The notes beneath the pieces were generated by a model. That model had not been told where the DNA came from. It searched no databases and worked only from the letters and a program-made list of their open reading frames with translations. A program made the translations under genes and the position numbers. From NCBI RefSeq assembly GCF_006345805.1, contig NC_043012.1:28024001-28088000 (forward strand): a DNA stretch of 64,000 nt, read 5' to 3'. Of this stretch, positions 1 through 16,574 are shown piece by piece (position 1 is the first letter of the stretch; every line of letters starts with the position of its first letter). This stretch comes from Octopus sinensis (Eukaryota).

Positions 1-46
1 TTTGTCCCTCAGAGAACGTTTTCGATTACTTTTGGGTGCCCCCTCG

Positions 47-299
47 TATACCCATCATGACTACTCGTCTAATAGGGGTACACCAGGTACATCCATCAAA
101 ACCACATGTGCGCATCATAGTGACCTCATATTAAGATAAACACCTAGCAGGGGCAACCAACTTAGAATTTTCTTCAACAGGTCCCTGAATAAGGGTTAAA
201 GATGATGAAAACAACACCCATGTTACCAGGGATGAATTATTCAAACCCAAAAGAATACCTCTCAAGACTATGATGCTCCCCCACTACTTCTGCTCGTGT
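47..299. repeat. Unclassified interspersed repeat family X, partial copy
   Basis: Colinear similarity to 11961-12494 and 17229-17769 (tatacccatcatgactac...gatgctcccccactacttctgctcgtg); abuts (ATT)n at ~306-346. Confidence 0.8.
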
Positions 300-307
300 T
301 GTTGTTG

Positions 308-348
<41 letters not shown>

Positions 349-349
349 T

Positions 350-565
350 GGGATTCTATTTATTTATTATTTCTTTCCCTAATTTCTATTATATATCCTC
401 TGTTTTATCCCTTAATGTGGTAGTATCTCCCTTTGATTGATGTAAACCCCACCTGTTTTTGTTTTGGTACTTTTTAGTTTTTGCTTTGTTTTGTGAGCTG
501 TTTCTCGTCCTTCGATATTGTCCTCCATGTCTTGGATCCATGTGGCCAATAAAAGAAATTATTCT
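350..565 (+). mobile_element. 3' UTR/terminus of an L1/Tx1-like element
   Basis: Ends in tattgtcctcc...ggatccatgtggccaataaaagaaatt, matching the 3' ends at ~28905-28945 (+), 40750-40800 (-) and 55719-55770 (-). Confidence 0.5.
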
Positions 566-619
566 CCTCCTCCTCCTCCTCCTCATTATTATTATTATCG
601 TCATCATCATCATCATTAT

Positions 620-1796
620 ATGTTTGACTTTTGCTTTGTATTTGAACAAGTTGGCTCCAATTCTCACCCAGAGACCTCAAGAGACAACTAGGCTGTCATA
701 TATTTGGTTTCGCTTGTAGTATTGTTCTAGAAAATATTTAAGAAAATATAAGAAAATTATGAGTTTGTTTTAAAATTTGAGATTACATAGACAGTATTTT
801 ACGTAGGATATGGGCAGTTCCCATGAGCACTTTGAATTTCTGCCACTTTGGGGTTTCCTGGTATCTGAGCTAGGTAGCAAACAGCCCCTTTTACTATCAT
901 TCCTAGTGCACCTATGACAGCAAGTATTATTTTAGTCTTGAGGTTCCACATTTTGCCAATTTCTATTTCAAGATCTTTATACTTGCTCAGTTTTTTTTTA
1001 GGTCTCGACAGATACATTTATGCCGATTGGGATAGTCATATCAATGAGAAGGCATAATTTTTGTCTGAAGTCTTTCAATATAGTGTCTAGCCTATTCGCA
1101 TCTATCATCCTGTCAGTTTGAATGGTGAAGTCCCAGAGGAGTGAGATGTGATCATTTTTAAGCACTAGAGTGGTTTGTGTTCCCACCAGTTTTTATCATG
1201 GGGCAAGTCCAGGCTTTTGCAAATTACCCAGTGAATATATTGTGCAGCTCTATCATGCCTGTTGAGGTACTCTGTAGGCGCTAGAGGACTGCACTTGGAG
1301 ACAACATGATCAATGGTCGCATTTTGTTGTTGACATACACGACATGTTGGGCTACTGCCGTTCTTTAATATTTTGGCCTGGTAGTTCCTTGTAGGTAGGC
1401 ATTGATCTTGGGCTGCTATGATAAACCCTTCCGTCTCTGATTTTAGGCCAGAAGACACTAACCATTGATAGGTAAGGGCTTTGTCAACATCGGAATTAGT
1501 AGCTCTCTTTGGGTATTTGCCATTGAGAGGTTTTTCTTGCCATTTATCATTCAGAATATCTAAGGCAGCAGTTTTAGCACGGGTTTTCATGCGCTTAGCT
1601 TTTTCTGTGCTTGCTTCTAGTTCGTCTAATTCAGGAATTTGTTGAATTTGGAATTCACTTAGATATTCCTTTGTCTGTTTTGTTACTGAGTATGATGCTT
1701 TCTTGTTTTCATGCTCTGAGACAAGTTTTAATATCCAGTCATCAGAGTCAGGTAGGTGTTTAGGCCAATTGTGGCAATCTTCATTTTAAATTCCAG

Positions 1797-1800
<4 letters not shown>
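620..1800 (-). mobile_element. R4/Dong-like non-LTR retrotransposon, 5'-truncated and frameshifted (CCHC + restriction-like endonuclease)
   Basis: ORF pieces WLVSSGLKSETEGFIIAAQDQCLPTRNY, CRVC..TIDHVVSKC, RHD, LWDFTIQTD..ANRLD, GTAHILRKILSM* (stop at 783-785); ATT/CAT microsatellites on both sides. Confidence 0.9.
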
Positions 1801-1844
<44 letters not shown>

Positions 1845-1847
1845 TTA

Positions 1848-1880
<33 letters not shown>

Positions 1881-1903
1881 CATCATCATCATCATCATCA
1901 TCA

Positions 1904-1966
<63 letters not shown>

Positions 1967-1993
1967 TATTATTATTATTTTTATTATTATTAT
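1797..1993. repeat. Compound (ATT)n(CAT)n(ATT)n microsatellite
   Basis: Direct reading. Confidence 0.95.
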
Positions 1994-1994
1994 T

Positions 1995-2530
1995 CTATAT
2001 TTGACTTTTGCTTTACATTTGTACAAGTTGGCTACAAGTCTCACCCAGAGACCTCAAGAGACAACAAGTTGGAAGTTCATGTTGGTGTTATGACTAGGGT
2101 GCCATATATTTGGTTTTGTACTTAGTGTTGTACTAGTGAATGCTTAAAAAACCATACGAAAATTATGTTTGTTTTAAAACTTGAGATTACATAGAAAGTA
2201 TTTTGCGTAGGATATGGGCAGTTCCAATGAGCACTATCTTTTGAATTTCTGCCATTTTTGGTTTTCCTGGTATCTGAGTTAGGTAGCAATCAGCCCCTTT
2301 AGCTATCATTCTCAGGGCACCTGTGACAACAGGTATTGTTTTAGTCTTTGCCAATTTGCCAATTTCTATTTCAAGATCTTTATACTTGCTCAGTTTTTGG
2401 TAGGTCTTGACAGATACGTTTATATCGATTGGGACAGTCATATCAATGAGGAGGCATGTTTTTTATCTGAAGTCTTTTACTATGGTGTCTGGCCTATTCG
2501 CGTCTATCTTTCTGTCAGTTTGAATGGTGA
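1995..2530 (-). mobile_element. R4/Dong-like 3' fragment, same family as 620-1800
   Basis: ORF 2187-2441 (KLSKYKDLEIEIGK...GTAHILRKILSM*); 3' UTR matches 620-780. Confidence 0.9.
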
Positions 2531-2534
2531 GGTT

Positions 2535-2650
2535 TGCGGTTGTCGTTGCTAGCCTGGTTGGAGAAGCGCAAATGTGCGCAATTCCAAGCAGGTCTATCCA
2601 TGACAACCTCCACCTTATGCGATACATCATAGAGCGGGCTGGGACCATCG
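2535..2650 (+). mobile_element. L1/Tx1-like reverse transcriptase fragment
   Basis: AQMCAIPSRSIHDNLHLMRYIIER, homologous to AQTCTVPVRTIHDNLHLMHYIMNR at 27480-27800. Confidence 0.7.
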
Positions 2651-2859
2651 CTAGCTTCGGGTTGCTCTGTGTCAGGGTGGGAGAGCTGTTTATACCAGTT
2701 CTTAGACGTTTCTTTCTTGCATATTTCTAATGTATGTGTTGTTCGATTTGGTCGTGTCTGTTTTTACACTCATTGGCAGCCATTAAAGAACATCCAGAGA
2801 CAAGGTAGTCGATCGTTTCTATCTGAGAACTACATAAGCTGCAATTTGTATATTTGCCT

Positions 2860-5800
2860 GATTATTGCGGGTTGATAAGGATTGGTCTTGAGCTACGACG
2901 ATAAACTCCTCAGTTCCTGCTTTCAACCTAGCACTTCGCAACCATTGATAGGTGAGAAACATCAATTTCATTGGTGGCTGCTAGTATTTGCCGTGTAAGA
3001 GTTTTATTTTCTCAGTGTTTTGATTGTTTCAAGACGTTCTATTTTACTTTTCTCTTGATTATTTTTGCAGGTTGAGTTGATGAGGTTATTCCGGTCTTCT
3101 TCATATATTCTTAACTGAGTTCGTTTGTAAGTTGTTTTAGCCTTTGTGACAGTGTACCTAGACATTTTACTTTCATGATTTTTAATCAAAGTCACCATCC
3201 AGTCTGCTGTAGCATTAAGGTATGCTCCAAGACCGATGGTAGTTGTTTTAAAGAATGAGACTCTTGCTACGTTCAAGCCTCAGGTGACATAGACGTTCAA
3301 TATCAGCTTTAGGATGTTAAGAGTTTTCTGGTTTTCACATTCATCATTTTGATACTTTGGAGAGTCAAATTAATTATTTTGGTGCTGTATTGAAAAACTG
3401 ATACTGCTAAAGATAAGCATTATTCTCCAGTAGTAGTTGTTTTAATATCTTTTCTTTCATTTGGGAGTGTTGTATTCTACCTCCTTCGTTGACACCAAGC
3501 TTCTTTATGGTGATTGACATATCAAGGTCAGTGGAAGATATGAGGGTAAGTGTATCTTTCACAAGTGTTACATTTACCTATGTTGTTACTAAAGCTCCTT
3601 ACAGTTTTGAGAAAACCATCTTGCTCGTTGCCATTCTTAACATAATTTTAGGATATCTATATAGAAAAGCTAATTAATTGTCATGTTTTGTATTTTATAT
3701 CCTAATTTGGTATTATTGAGCTCAGTAGATAAAGGGACAGAAGAAGAGATGAACTTCTGGGTAATCCAAGAGTGAGGTACACTATTGATATCCTTTCGAT
3801 ATTGCTTAGTTTTCGTTTACCATCACGAACAGATTTCAAGTATTATTTTGCTGATGAGAAGTTTATCTTTGCAACCGTTTGAGTCACTTTTACAGTGCAT
3901 TTGTTCATGGGAAAAGATATTGTTTTTAGAAATGTATACACTCTTTTATGATGGACGTAAGAAATTAAGCAATATATATGAAGTGGATAGACAAGTGATA
4001 GTTCTTTAGGATGTGGGTCTTGTCTGGAAGAAGAAAAGTTATATTTTCCGTTCGCCAAGAGGGTGTTTTGGAAGGGTTCTTCATTAAATAAAGGAAAAAT
4101 AAAACTTTAGCTAATGGTTTATGCGATGTTGAGAGATTAGACAGCCAGAAGTTTGTAATCATACTTATTCCTGGTGACTTCCAGTTTTGGAGTTTTTCAA
4201 CAGCTACGAGGGGCGTTCAATAAGTAATGCCCCTGACCCACTTGCAGTTGTTTGATCTAGCTGAAATTTTGCATGTGCACTTATTTATACCTCTATAGAT
4301 TAAGTGGCGAATTACAGCTCTGAACTAATTGTGGTGTCTGATTTACAGGTGTTTGAACTGAGTCAAGTGTGAAATGGAGCCAGTTGAGTGTCGAGCAGTG
4401 ATCTGGTTTTTGTATTTGAAAGGACGCACACCACGGGAGTCTTTTGATGAAATGAAAGTAACTTATGGTGATGATGCCCCATAATATGACCTTGTAAAAC
4501 GCTGGCATTGTGAATTCAAACATAGTCGGAACTCTGTGGAAACAGCTCCCAGATCTGGTCGTCCCCTTTCTGCCGTTGATGAGACGTCTGTCCGTCAAGT
4601 TGAGGCTGCCATTTTGGAAGGTCAACGCATAACTATTCGCCAAATAGCCCATAAGGTCAAGATTAGTACCGGGTCTGTGGAAACTATCATTCATGACCAT
4701 TTGCATATGCAAAAGGTGTCTGCCAGATGGATTTCCAGGTTGCTCACACCTTTCCAGAAGCAAGAACGCGTTGAGTGCTCGAGGATGAATTTGGAGATGT
4801 GCCAAGAAGATGAGTCAAAATTTTTCAAAAGACTGATCACACAGGATAAAACCTGGGTCCATCACTATGATCCATAGACCAATGCCCAGTCAATGCAGTG
4901 AAAGCACCGTGACTCACCTCCTCCAAAGAAGGCAAGGGTGCAGCCCTCCGCTGACAAGGTTATGCTCACAGTCTTCTGGGACCAGGACGGAGTAGTGATG
5001 ACAGATTTCCTGGCAAAGGGTACCACAATTACAGGAGCCTATTATGCTTCACTTTTGAGGAAATTAAGAGAAGCTATCAAAATCAAGAGGCGGAGCAAGA
5101 TCAGCAAAGGCAACGATCTGCAGGACAACGCTCCGGTCCACAACTCGCGTGTCGCCAGATCAGAAGCACAGGCGTGCAGCTATGAACTCCTCCCCTTGCA
5201 CCCTCTGATTTTCACCTCTTCCCAGCCATGAAGTTGATTTTGAAAGGAAAGCGTTTCCCAGATGACGCAACCGTGATTTCTGAAGTCACGTCGTGGTTGG
5301 AGGACCAAGCTGGGGTCTTCTACAAAAACGGTCTCCAGAGCTGTATCAAACGATGGGAGAAATGCATAACTCTAGGTAGTTCCTATGTAGGAAAAGACTA
5401 ATAACTGTGCCAAGTGTCGTTGCTCTACTGCTATGGGAAGTGGGTCAGGGGCATTACTTATTGAACGCCCCTCGTATTCCTGTATTTTCTATACAGATGT
5501 CCTTCCATATCTGTTGCAGAATATTTCCCATTCTTTTGCTTTCTCTTTCTATCTATTCTGCTGTCTTATTATGCTCTTCTGATCCCCTCCATATTTCTCC
5601 CTAAAATTTGTGAACTTCATGAATCGAAGGAGGGCTTCTAACCTTTATTTTTGTTTTCTCTATTTCCCTATAAAACATCTTTGCATCAGCCTGGAACATT
5701 TACTACGTTTTTGGAATCTACACACCCTTTGTGTTTTTAGCTGCATTTTTGACTTGGCTGTTTCATCAGCACTAAATATCTGATCATCATATATTTGTTT

Positions 5801-6160
5801 CATTTTTCTGTCTTTCTTGCGTTAATATTAACATCTCTTGTTTGTTTCATTCAAGATAGAGAATTCTCTTAGAGCACCGATTTCTTTTTGAACCGTAAAT
5901 GTCCACGCTGTTACCTTGTTTGCTTTTCTTCATCTTGGTTCCTAATCCTTTATGTGCTATAGTTGCTGTAACATAGCCAGCTTGATTTATATTTGTTATA
6001 ACGCTATCGATTTCGTTTAGCAATAACTTCAAGGCATCATGTATATTTTGATAAATCTTTTATTAATGTGCGAGCTTTGAATTTTCGAGAAGTTCTCTCT
6101 GTGTTGCATGTCTGATGATTTGACGTTGAAGTGGATAGACAAGTGATAGTTCTTATAAAT
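2860..6160 (-). mobile_element. Old, highly decayed R4/Dong-like element split by the mariner insertion
   Basis: Remnant motifs: HQWLRSARLK (~2950), TTTIGLGAYL (3004-3276), PSKTPSW..NITFLLP..KNY..ITCLST (~4000-4100), NWKSPG..TNFWL (~4150-4200), FQADAKMFYREI (~5650-5700). Confidence 0.7.
4207..5474 (+). mobile_element. Full-length mariner (Tc1/mariner) DNA transposon with inactivated transposase
   Basis: Perfect 37-bp TIRs (CGAGGGGCGTTCAATAAGTAATGCCCCTGACCCACTT); TA duplication at 4205-4206 and 5475-5476; transposase from ATG 4374 with PRSGRP, WVHHYDP, KVMLTVFWD, LQDNAPVH; internal stops and frameshifts. Confidence 0.95.
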
Positions 6161-6354
6161 AATTGCTTCCTTTGCATTATATATTTCTACACTGTTTCTT
6201 AATATGGATTCGTCTCTATATCATTCGGGTCTAGAGTTCCCAACGCATTCATTGTCGTGTTGTTATCATCGGTGTTTTCTCGTTGACGACCCTCTAAGGT
6301 GGGCTTGGAATGAATTTTCTGTACCAGCTGACAAAGATTCAACCTCTGGACTTC

Positions 6355-6617
6355 TAGTTGCAGGTGGGGCCTAGTTAGACGTTTCTTCAGGTGAGTAGCC
6401 CATCCCACTCAAAAGGACCTTGAATAAGGTTTGTTTTAAGGATGATGTTTCCAGAGGTGAGGTGAATTATTCAAATCCCAAAGAATTCTTCTCAACACAT
6501 GGCTATGATGCTCGCTCACTACCTCTGCTCGTGATCAGAGATGCAATATCATGATAATATTTCCAATCAGTTAAGATCAAAAACCACGAGAGCCACTGCT
6601 TGATACTGCATCAGAGC
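6355..6617. repeat. Repeat family X, internally deleted copy
   Basis: Matches the distal half of 11961-12494; ends gagccactgcttgatactgcatcagagc. Confidence 0.75.
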
Positions 6618-6781
6618 ATTTATTATTTCCCGATTGTATTTTTTTCTCATACCTACATCAGCTTCCCCATCTCATCTGGGGTATTTCCCATGCAATGGTT
6701 TTTCTTTCCAGAGACTTGATATTTTCTTCAAACTTTCTTTGTTTTACATTTTTTTGCCGACTTAATGGGTAGCGTGTCATC

Positions 6782-6835
<54 letters not shown>

Positions 6836-7842
6836 TTTTTTTTCTTCTTTGAAATTTGCTTCCATTTCTTGCCGAGTGTCTTCCCGACTCCTAGGGCAAA
6901 GAAACTCATAGTATACATTGGTAGGCCATTAAACCAAACTCAATAGTTCGTTCATTTTAATTTTTTTTTATTTTTTAAGTTAAATTAAAATACATGAGCT
7001 GCAACAGTTCTCACATCGACAATGCTCTTCTCAATACGTGTGATGTACCAGTTAAGACAATCTTTTGCACTTCTTGCAGGGATGGTAAGCCAGGGATCAT
7101 TCTCATATAATTTTCAGTTCCCTTCTTGTTCATTCCTAGTGCTCCTACGATCACTGGTATTGTAACCGCCTTGAGATACCACATTTCTCAATTTCAATGA
7201 GTAGGTCTTTATATTTTCTGAGCTTGTTAAACTCTTTCGCTGAGATATTATGATCACAGAGGATGCTCATGTCGATCAATAAGCAAACTTTATTGTTTTT
7301 GTCTTTCACAACAATATCTGGTTTATTGGCCTTGATGGTTCGGTCTGTATGTACTGGAAAGTCCCACAGAATCGTTACATTTTCTCCTTCAGTTACAGCC
7401 TCAGGGTGGTGATTATACCACTTGTCGGCAGTTTTGATATTGTAATGCTGATAGATATTGGCCAACTCTGTCATGTCTTAATTTATACTCCACTGGTGCT
7501 AAGACTTTACATCCAGAGATTAGGTGGTCCACTGTTTCAATCATGTCGTTGCAGAATCGGCATTTTGGGTCTGCTCCATTTTTCATCACATTGGCCTGGT
7601 AGTTCCGGGTTAATAGGCTTTGATCTTGAGCAGCCAGGATGAAACCATCGCTCTCTGCTTTTAGCCCTGAGCTCCGTAGCCACTGATGGGTTTGCTTCTG
7701 GTCAACATCAGCTTGTTTGCTGCGGGCCACATATTTGCCGTGCAGAGGTTTCTCCTCCCACCTATCAGCCAATTGCTCGTGCGCTTTTTTCGTTGCCATT
7801 ATTGTTACCTTCTTTGGAACAATAGTTGCCGTACTTCCCGTA
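6836..7842 (-). mobile_element. R4/Dong-like 3' fragment (second subfamily)
   Basis: ORFs 7413-7799 and 7151-7474 (WLRSSGLKAESDGFILAAQDQ, CRFC..HLISGC, ANKPDIVV), ending GTSHVLRRALSM* at 7011; (ATT)n at 6782-6835 and 7843-7950. Confidence 0.9.
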
Positions 7843-7843
7843 C

Positions 7844-7924
<81 letters not shown>

Positions 7925-7950
7925 CATTATTATTATTATTATTATTATTC

Positions 7951-11942
<3,992 letters not shown>

Positions 11943-11960
11943 ATTATTATTATTATTATT

Positions 11961-12493
11961 GAGTGAGCGAGCAGAGCATGCCATCGAAGTGACACTGGGG
12001 TAAAATATACGAAGCCCAGTATACCCATCATGACTACCCGTCTGATAAGGGTACACCAGGCACATGCATCACAACCATATGTGCGCGACATGGTGATCTC
12101 ATATCAAGATAAACAGCACATGACCTTGCAGGTGGAGCCCAGTTAGAATTTTCTTCAGATCGAGTAACCCATCCCGCTCAAAAGGTCCCTGAATAAGGCT
12201 TGTTTAAGGATGTTGAACGAAACACCCATGTTTCCAGAGGTGAATTATTCAAACCCCAAATAATCCCTCTCAACACATGGCTATGATGCTCCCCCACTAC
12301 TTCTGCTCTTGATCAGAGATGCACATATCGTCAGCCACTAAGGGACATGCTCAACTGGTTAAGGTCAAACAACTGACAAGCAAATCTGTGGTATTGAGCA
12401 GAATATTTGCTGTAGCCCATCTTTTATACCAAGACAAAACAATGTACATGATAACACTTCCAATCAGTTAAGATCAGAAGCCATGAGAGCCAC

Positions 12494-12494
<1 letters not shown>
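11961..12494. repeat. Repeat family X, ~530-bp reference copy between (ATT)n tracts
   Basis: Colinear with 17229-17769; (ATT)n at 11943-11960 and 12495-12570. Confidence 0.85.
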
Positions 12495-12543
<49 letters not shown>

Positions 12544-12576
12544 GATTATTATTATTATTATTATTATTATTTTTAT

Positions 12577-12789
12577 AAGGCGTTAGGTTGGCAGAATCAT
12601 TAGCATGTCGGGCAAAGTGCTTAGCGGCATTTCGACTCTCTTTACATTCTGAGTTTAAATTCTGTCGTGGTTTTTGCCTTTTATCCTTTTGGGGTCGATA
12701 AAATAAGTAACAGTTGGACACTGGGGTCAACGTGATCGACTAGTTCTCTGCCGCCAAAATTCAGGCCTTGTGCCTTTAGAAGTAATGGA
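12577..12789 (+). mobile_element. tRNA-derived SINE, family 1
   Basis: A-box-like TGGCAGAATCATTAGC, B-box-like GAGTTTAAATTC, (ATT)n tail; similar to 14303-14516. Confidence 0.8.
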
Positions 12790-12803
12790 TTATTATTATT
12801 ATT

Positions 12804-15330
12804 GTTTTACTTCTCAGAGCGCTCGAGTTTGCTTGCTCTGGTAGATTCTGTGAGGGTGGATTGTAGCCTGCTGAGGGGTCTCACAGGGTCTCTTTCCACA
12901 CATTATAAGCTTTAGTACTTGGTTGTTAATTAGAATGGGAGACATGTACCAATCTCAAAATCCTAGCTTTTCCCAGCAGCGCAGTTTTTGGGGCTTGCTC
13001 TGCTCTCATGCCAATTCCAATTTCTCTGACATACTTCTTAAACATAGTTGTTAGTGTTCGAGTGCCCTTACAGCTACTGGAATGACAGAAATTCTCCCCA
13101 TAATCCACATTCTTACAGTTTCGTCTTTTAGTAGTCCGTACTTTTTATTCTTTTCTAGTTCTTTGTCATTTATGCGTGCATCTCCAGGTGTTGCTATATC
13201 TATAATCTTGGTTTCATTTTTTTTCTCTACCACAAGAATATTTGGTCTCTGAGCCTCGATTAGGGAGTCACATTGTATTATAAAATCCCACAGTATCTTA
13301 TATCCCTTGTTCTCAGTGACTCCTGGTTCATGTTCGTATAATTTCCGTGCTCTGTCCAGGTCATACTTTTGACATAGCCCCATGGACGAACATAGCCCCG
13401 TTATCGTGCTTCTTTCTGTAGTGCTTTTGGGCCAGCTTATTACACTTACAATATGTGAGATTGTTTCGTTTCTGCTCCCACACATCCTACAAAGGGACGA
13501 TTTGCGACCCCTATCTGTTTGGAACTTAGTGTAATTAGTTCTCAGAGTTTGGTCCTGAGCACTGCGTACCAATGCCTCGGCGCATCCTTTCAGGTCACTT
13601 TTTCTTAGCCAGCTCCACGAGTTGATCTTGTCTTTTCCTTCGATTTCTCATGCCCAGATATTGCCCATGCAATTTCCCAATTTCATTTTCCAATTGCTTA
13701 CTCTTTCCTCTTCATCTTGTTTCTTAAATGTTTGTGGATGCATCACATTTTCAGTAGGGATTGTATTGTTGCTTCTGACAGCGGTAAGTAAGGACTCACT
13801 CTGTTGCTTGATGTACCATCCCAGACTGTTCTTCTCGTTGGCTATACAGATCTTGCATCCTATGAGGCCTCTTCCACCCCTGTTCCTAGGCACATACAGT
13901 CTGTCAATATCGCTTTTGGAGTGTAGTTCCTTGTTAATTGTCATTGCTTTTCTGGTTTTCCTATCCATTTCCTCAAGCCCGTTCTTTGTTCACTTAACTA
14001 CCCCTGCAAACAGCCCATGTGTTCATTGCCCTGATCTTGTTTTTTCCATTGAGCCTACTTTTCATAATTAATTTGGTTCTTCTGAGATATTCTTTCTCTG
14101 ATGTCACTGAGATATTCTTTCCCTGATGTTACTTTCCATAGTCTCTGTGTGAGGGGTATCCTATAAATCACAAACAGCAATGATGATAGGCTATCTCCTT
14201 GATATATGCCTCTCATGAAGTTAACCCACGCCAAAAATTTTCCACATGAACTTAGCTGTGTGTTCTAGTTTTTCATTAACCTCGTAATAAAATTTAATAT
14301 GTAAGGTGGCGAACTGGCAGAAACGTTAGCACGCCGGGCGGAATGCTTAGCGGTATTTCGTCTGTCTTTACGTTCTGAGTTCAAATTCTGCCGAGATCGA
14401 CTTTGCTTTTCAGCGTTTCGGGGTCGATAAATTAAGTACCAGTTGCGTACTGGGGTCGATGTAATCGACTGGCTCTCTCCCCAAAAATTTCGGGCCTTGT
14501 GCCTAGAGTAGAAAAGAATAAAATTTGATATGTTATCAGACACCTGTACCAGCTGAAGACTTTCTAAAATCCAGGATTGGGGTATCATGTTATACGCTTT
14601 CTTATAATCGACCCACGACATGCCCAGATTAGTAAGTCTTTTCTTGCAGTCTTTCAGTACCGTTATGTCTATCAGAAGTTGGTATTTTGCCCCTCAGCTT
14701 TTCCTTCTGCATCCTTTCTGTTTCACTGGCAGTTTGTCATTCATTTCCAAGAAGTTATACACATAATTAGATATTATTCCTGTCATCAGCTTCTACATTT
14801 GGGACAGACAGGTTATAGGCCAGTAATTATCCACTGCACTGACTTTACTGGAATCCCTTTGGCGGAGAATTGTTTTACTGTGGTCAGCCCCGTTGTTCAT
14901 CATTTTATCCATTTGCGTGGCTATTATTCTGTGTAGTGTTGGGAAATGTTCAGCCAATATCCTTGTACCACATCCGGGCCTGGAAATTCCACTTTGATAA
15001 CTTTGTTGCCTGTTCGGTTACCATTTCAGTCGTTATTCTAATATTGCTCTGTTTCACTTCATATTTTTCCGATCTTAATTCCTTCAACCATGGAGCTTCT
15101 TTATTATGCTTTCTTCCATTATCCCAGATGTTACTCCAAAACCTTTTACTTTCTTCAGCTTCTGGTCTCTCACTGATGTTAACCTTTCCATTCAGCTGTT
15201 GATAAACCCTTTTCTGGTCTTGCTGGAACAATCTGTTGATTTTATATTGTTCAATTCTTTGGTCATATCACTTAATCTTTGTAGCTTTAGCTTGCAGTCA
15301 TTATTTCAGCTCTTCAATAACTCCATTTAG
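12804..15330 (-). mobile_element. R4/Dong-like element (third subfamily), decayed, interrupted by a SINE
   Basis: FQQDQKRVYQQL, SWVDYKKAYNMIP, RGIYQGDSLS, SDIDRLYVPRNRGGRGL, AQDQTLRTNY, CRMC..HIVS, KTALLGKARILR. Confidence 0.85.
14303..14516 (+). mobile_element. tRNA-derived SINE family 1 with 17-bp target-site duplication
   Basis: AATAAAATTTAATATGT (14286-14302) vs AATAAAATTTGATATGT (14517-14533); B box GAGTTCAAATTC; the Dong RT reading frame is continuous across the insertion. Confidence 0.9.
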
Positions 15331-15524
15331 CCCCTTTTCCTTTATTCTATATCTATGTTCTAGTTCCTGATGTCGATATGTTTTCATAGTTCATTCATTG
15401 ATAGTTTTATTCTTTTTCACCAAGGTTCTTTTTCCTTTATTCCAACATTTACAGTTTGGTTCAAGGCCTACTTTATTTCCTATATATTTCCTATATAAAT
15501 GATGCAGGTTTTAATTAATCTGTT

Positions 15525-16025
15525 CCTTCCTGTTATACCTTGTTCATGGCTAGTGTTTGTAGGATCCATGTGTGGGGAATACTATCAAAAGCCTTTCGGT
15601 AATCGATCCAGGCTATACTTAGACTTTTCTTCTTTCTTCGGCTGTCTTCAGCTATTGCTTTATTGATCAATAGCTGATCTTTACAGCCGTATGAGCCCTT
15701 GCAGCATCCCTTCTGCTCTTCTGGAAACAAGCTGTTTTCTTCCAGGTGTTTGCTCATTCTCTGCGATATAATTGCAGTGAAGGCTTTGTAAATTGTAGGG
15801 AGACAAGTTATCAGACTGTAATTTTGTGGGTGTGTCGTTTCAGTTGATTTGTGAATTAGAATAGTTTTCCCCTCCGTGAGCCATTCAGGCATTATCTCTG
15901 ACTCTACTAGTATTTCCTTAAATTTCTCAGCCAGCATTTTATTTGTTCCTGTTAGGTATTTTAACCAGAAGTTGGAGATCTTGTTATCATGGATAATTTT
16001 CCAGATGTCCTCGGCCTGGAAGTGC
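15525..16025 (-). mobile_element. R4/Dong-like RT N-terminal fragment (family of 7951-11205)
   Basis: ORF 15533-15937: WLTEGKTILI..NYSLITCLPTIYK..EQKGC..AWIDYRKAFDSIPH. Confidence 0.9.
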
Positions 16026-16109
16026 TACCGAGGGAGTGGGGGTGGGGATTCCGGTTCGAAATAAACTCTAAGGGCACGGATGTGCTGTCAGACGGACTTA
16101 TTCGAGGTG

Positions 16110-16141
16110 TGTGTGTATGTTTATATATATATGTGCGTGTG

Positions 16142-16180
<39 letters not shown>

Positions 16181-16570
16181 GTATATATATATAGTGATAA
16201 ATAAATAAAAATATATGCATACATACAAACATATATGTACGTACCTACATCTACATGTATATATACATGCATATATAAATAATTATACGTGAGTACAGGA
16301 CACCACAATAAGACGTAGAAACGGGAAAAACAAAAAAGAACAAAAAACAAGAAAACGAAAAAACAAAAAACAAGAAAACGAAAAAAACAGTTACAGGACG
16401 AGCTACACAAGGAAAAACCCCCGTCATCAGCTGTCGCTAGTAGAGTCAAGCATGTTTCGAAGGCAGAGACAGAACACTAATCCCCTAGTCCTTCCTGCGA
16501 GAGAATTAAAATAAAATTCCAAGCAGCGGGGCAAAATGAGTACGAACACGAACAGGATGTAACAATACTG
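16110..16570. repeat. Repeat family Y, copy 1
   Basis: Near-identical reverse complement of 21750-22210, including the flanking TA/CA mosaic. Confidence 0.9.
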
Positions 16571-16574
16571 ACTT

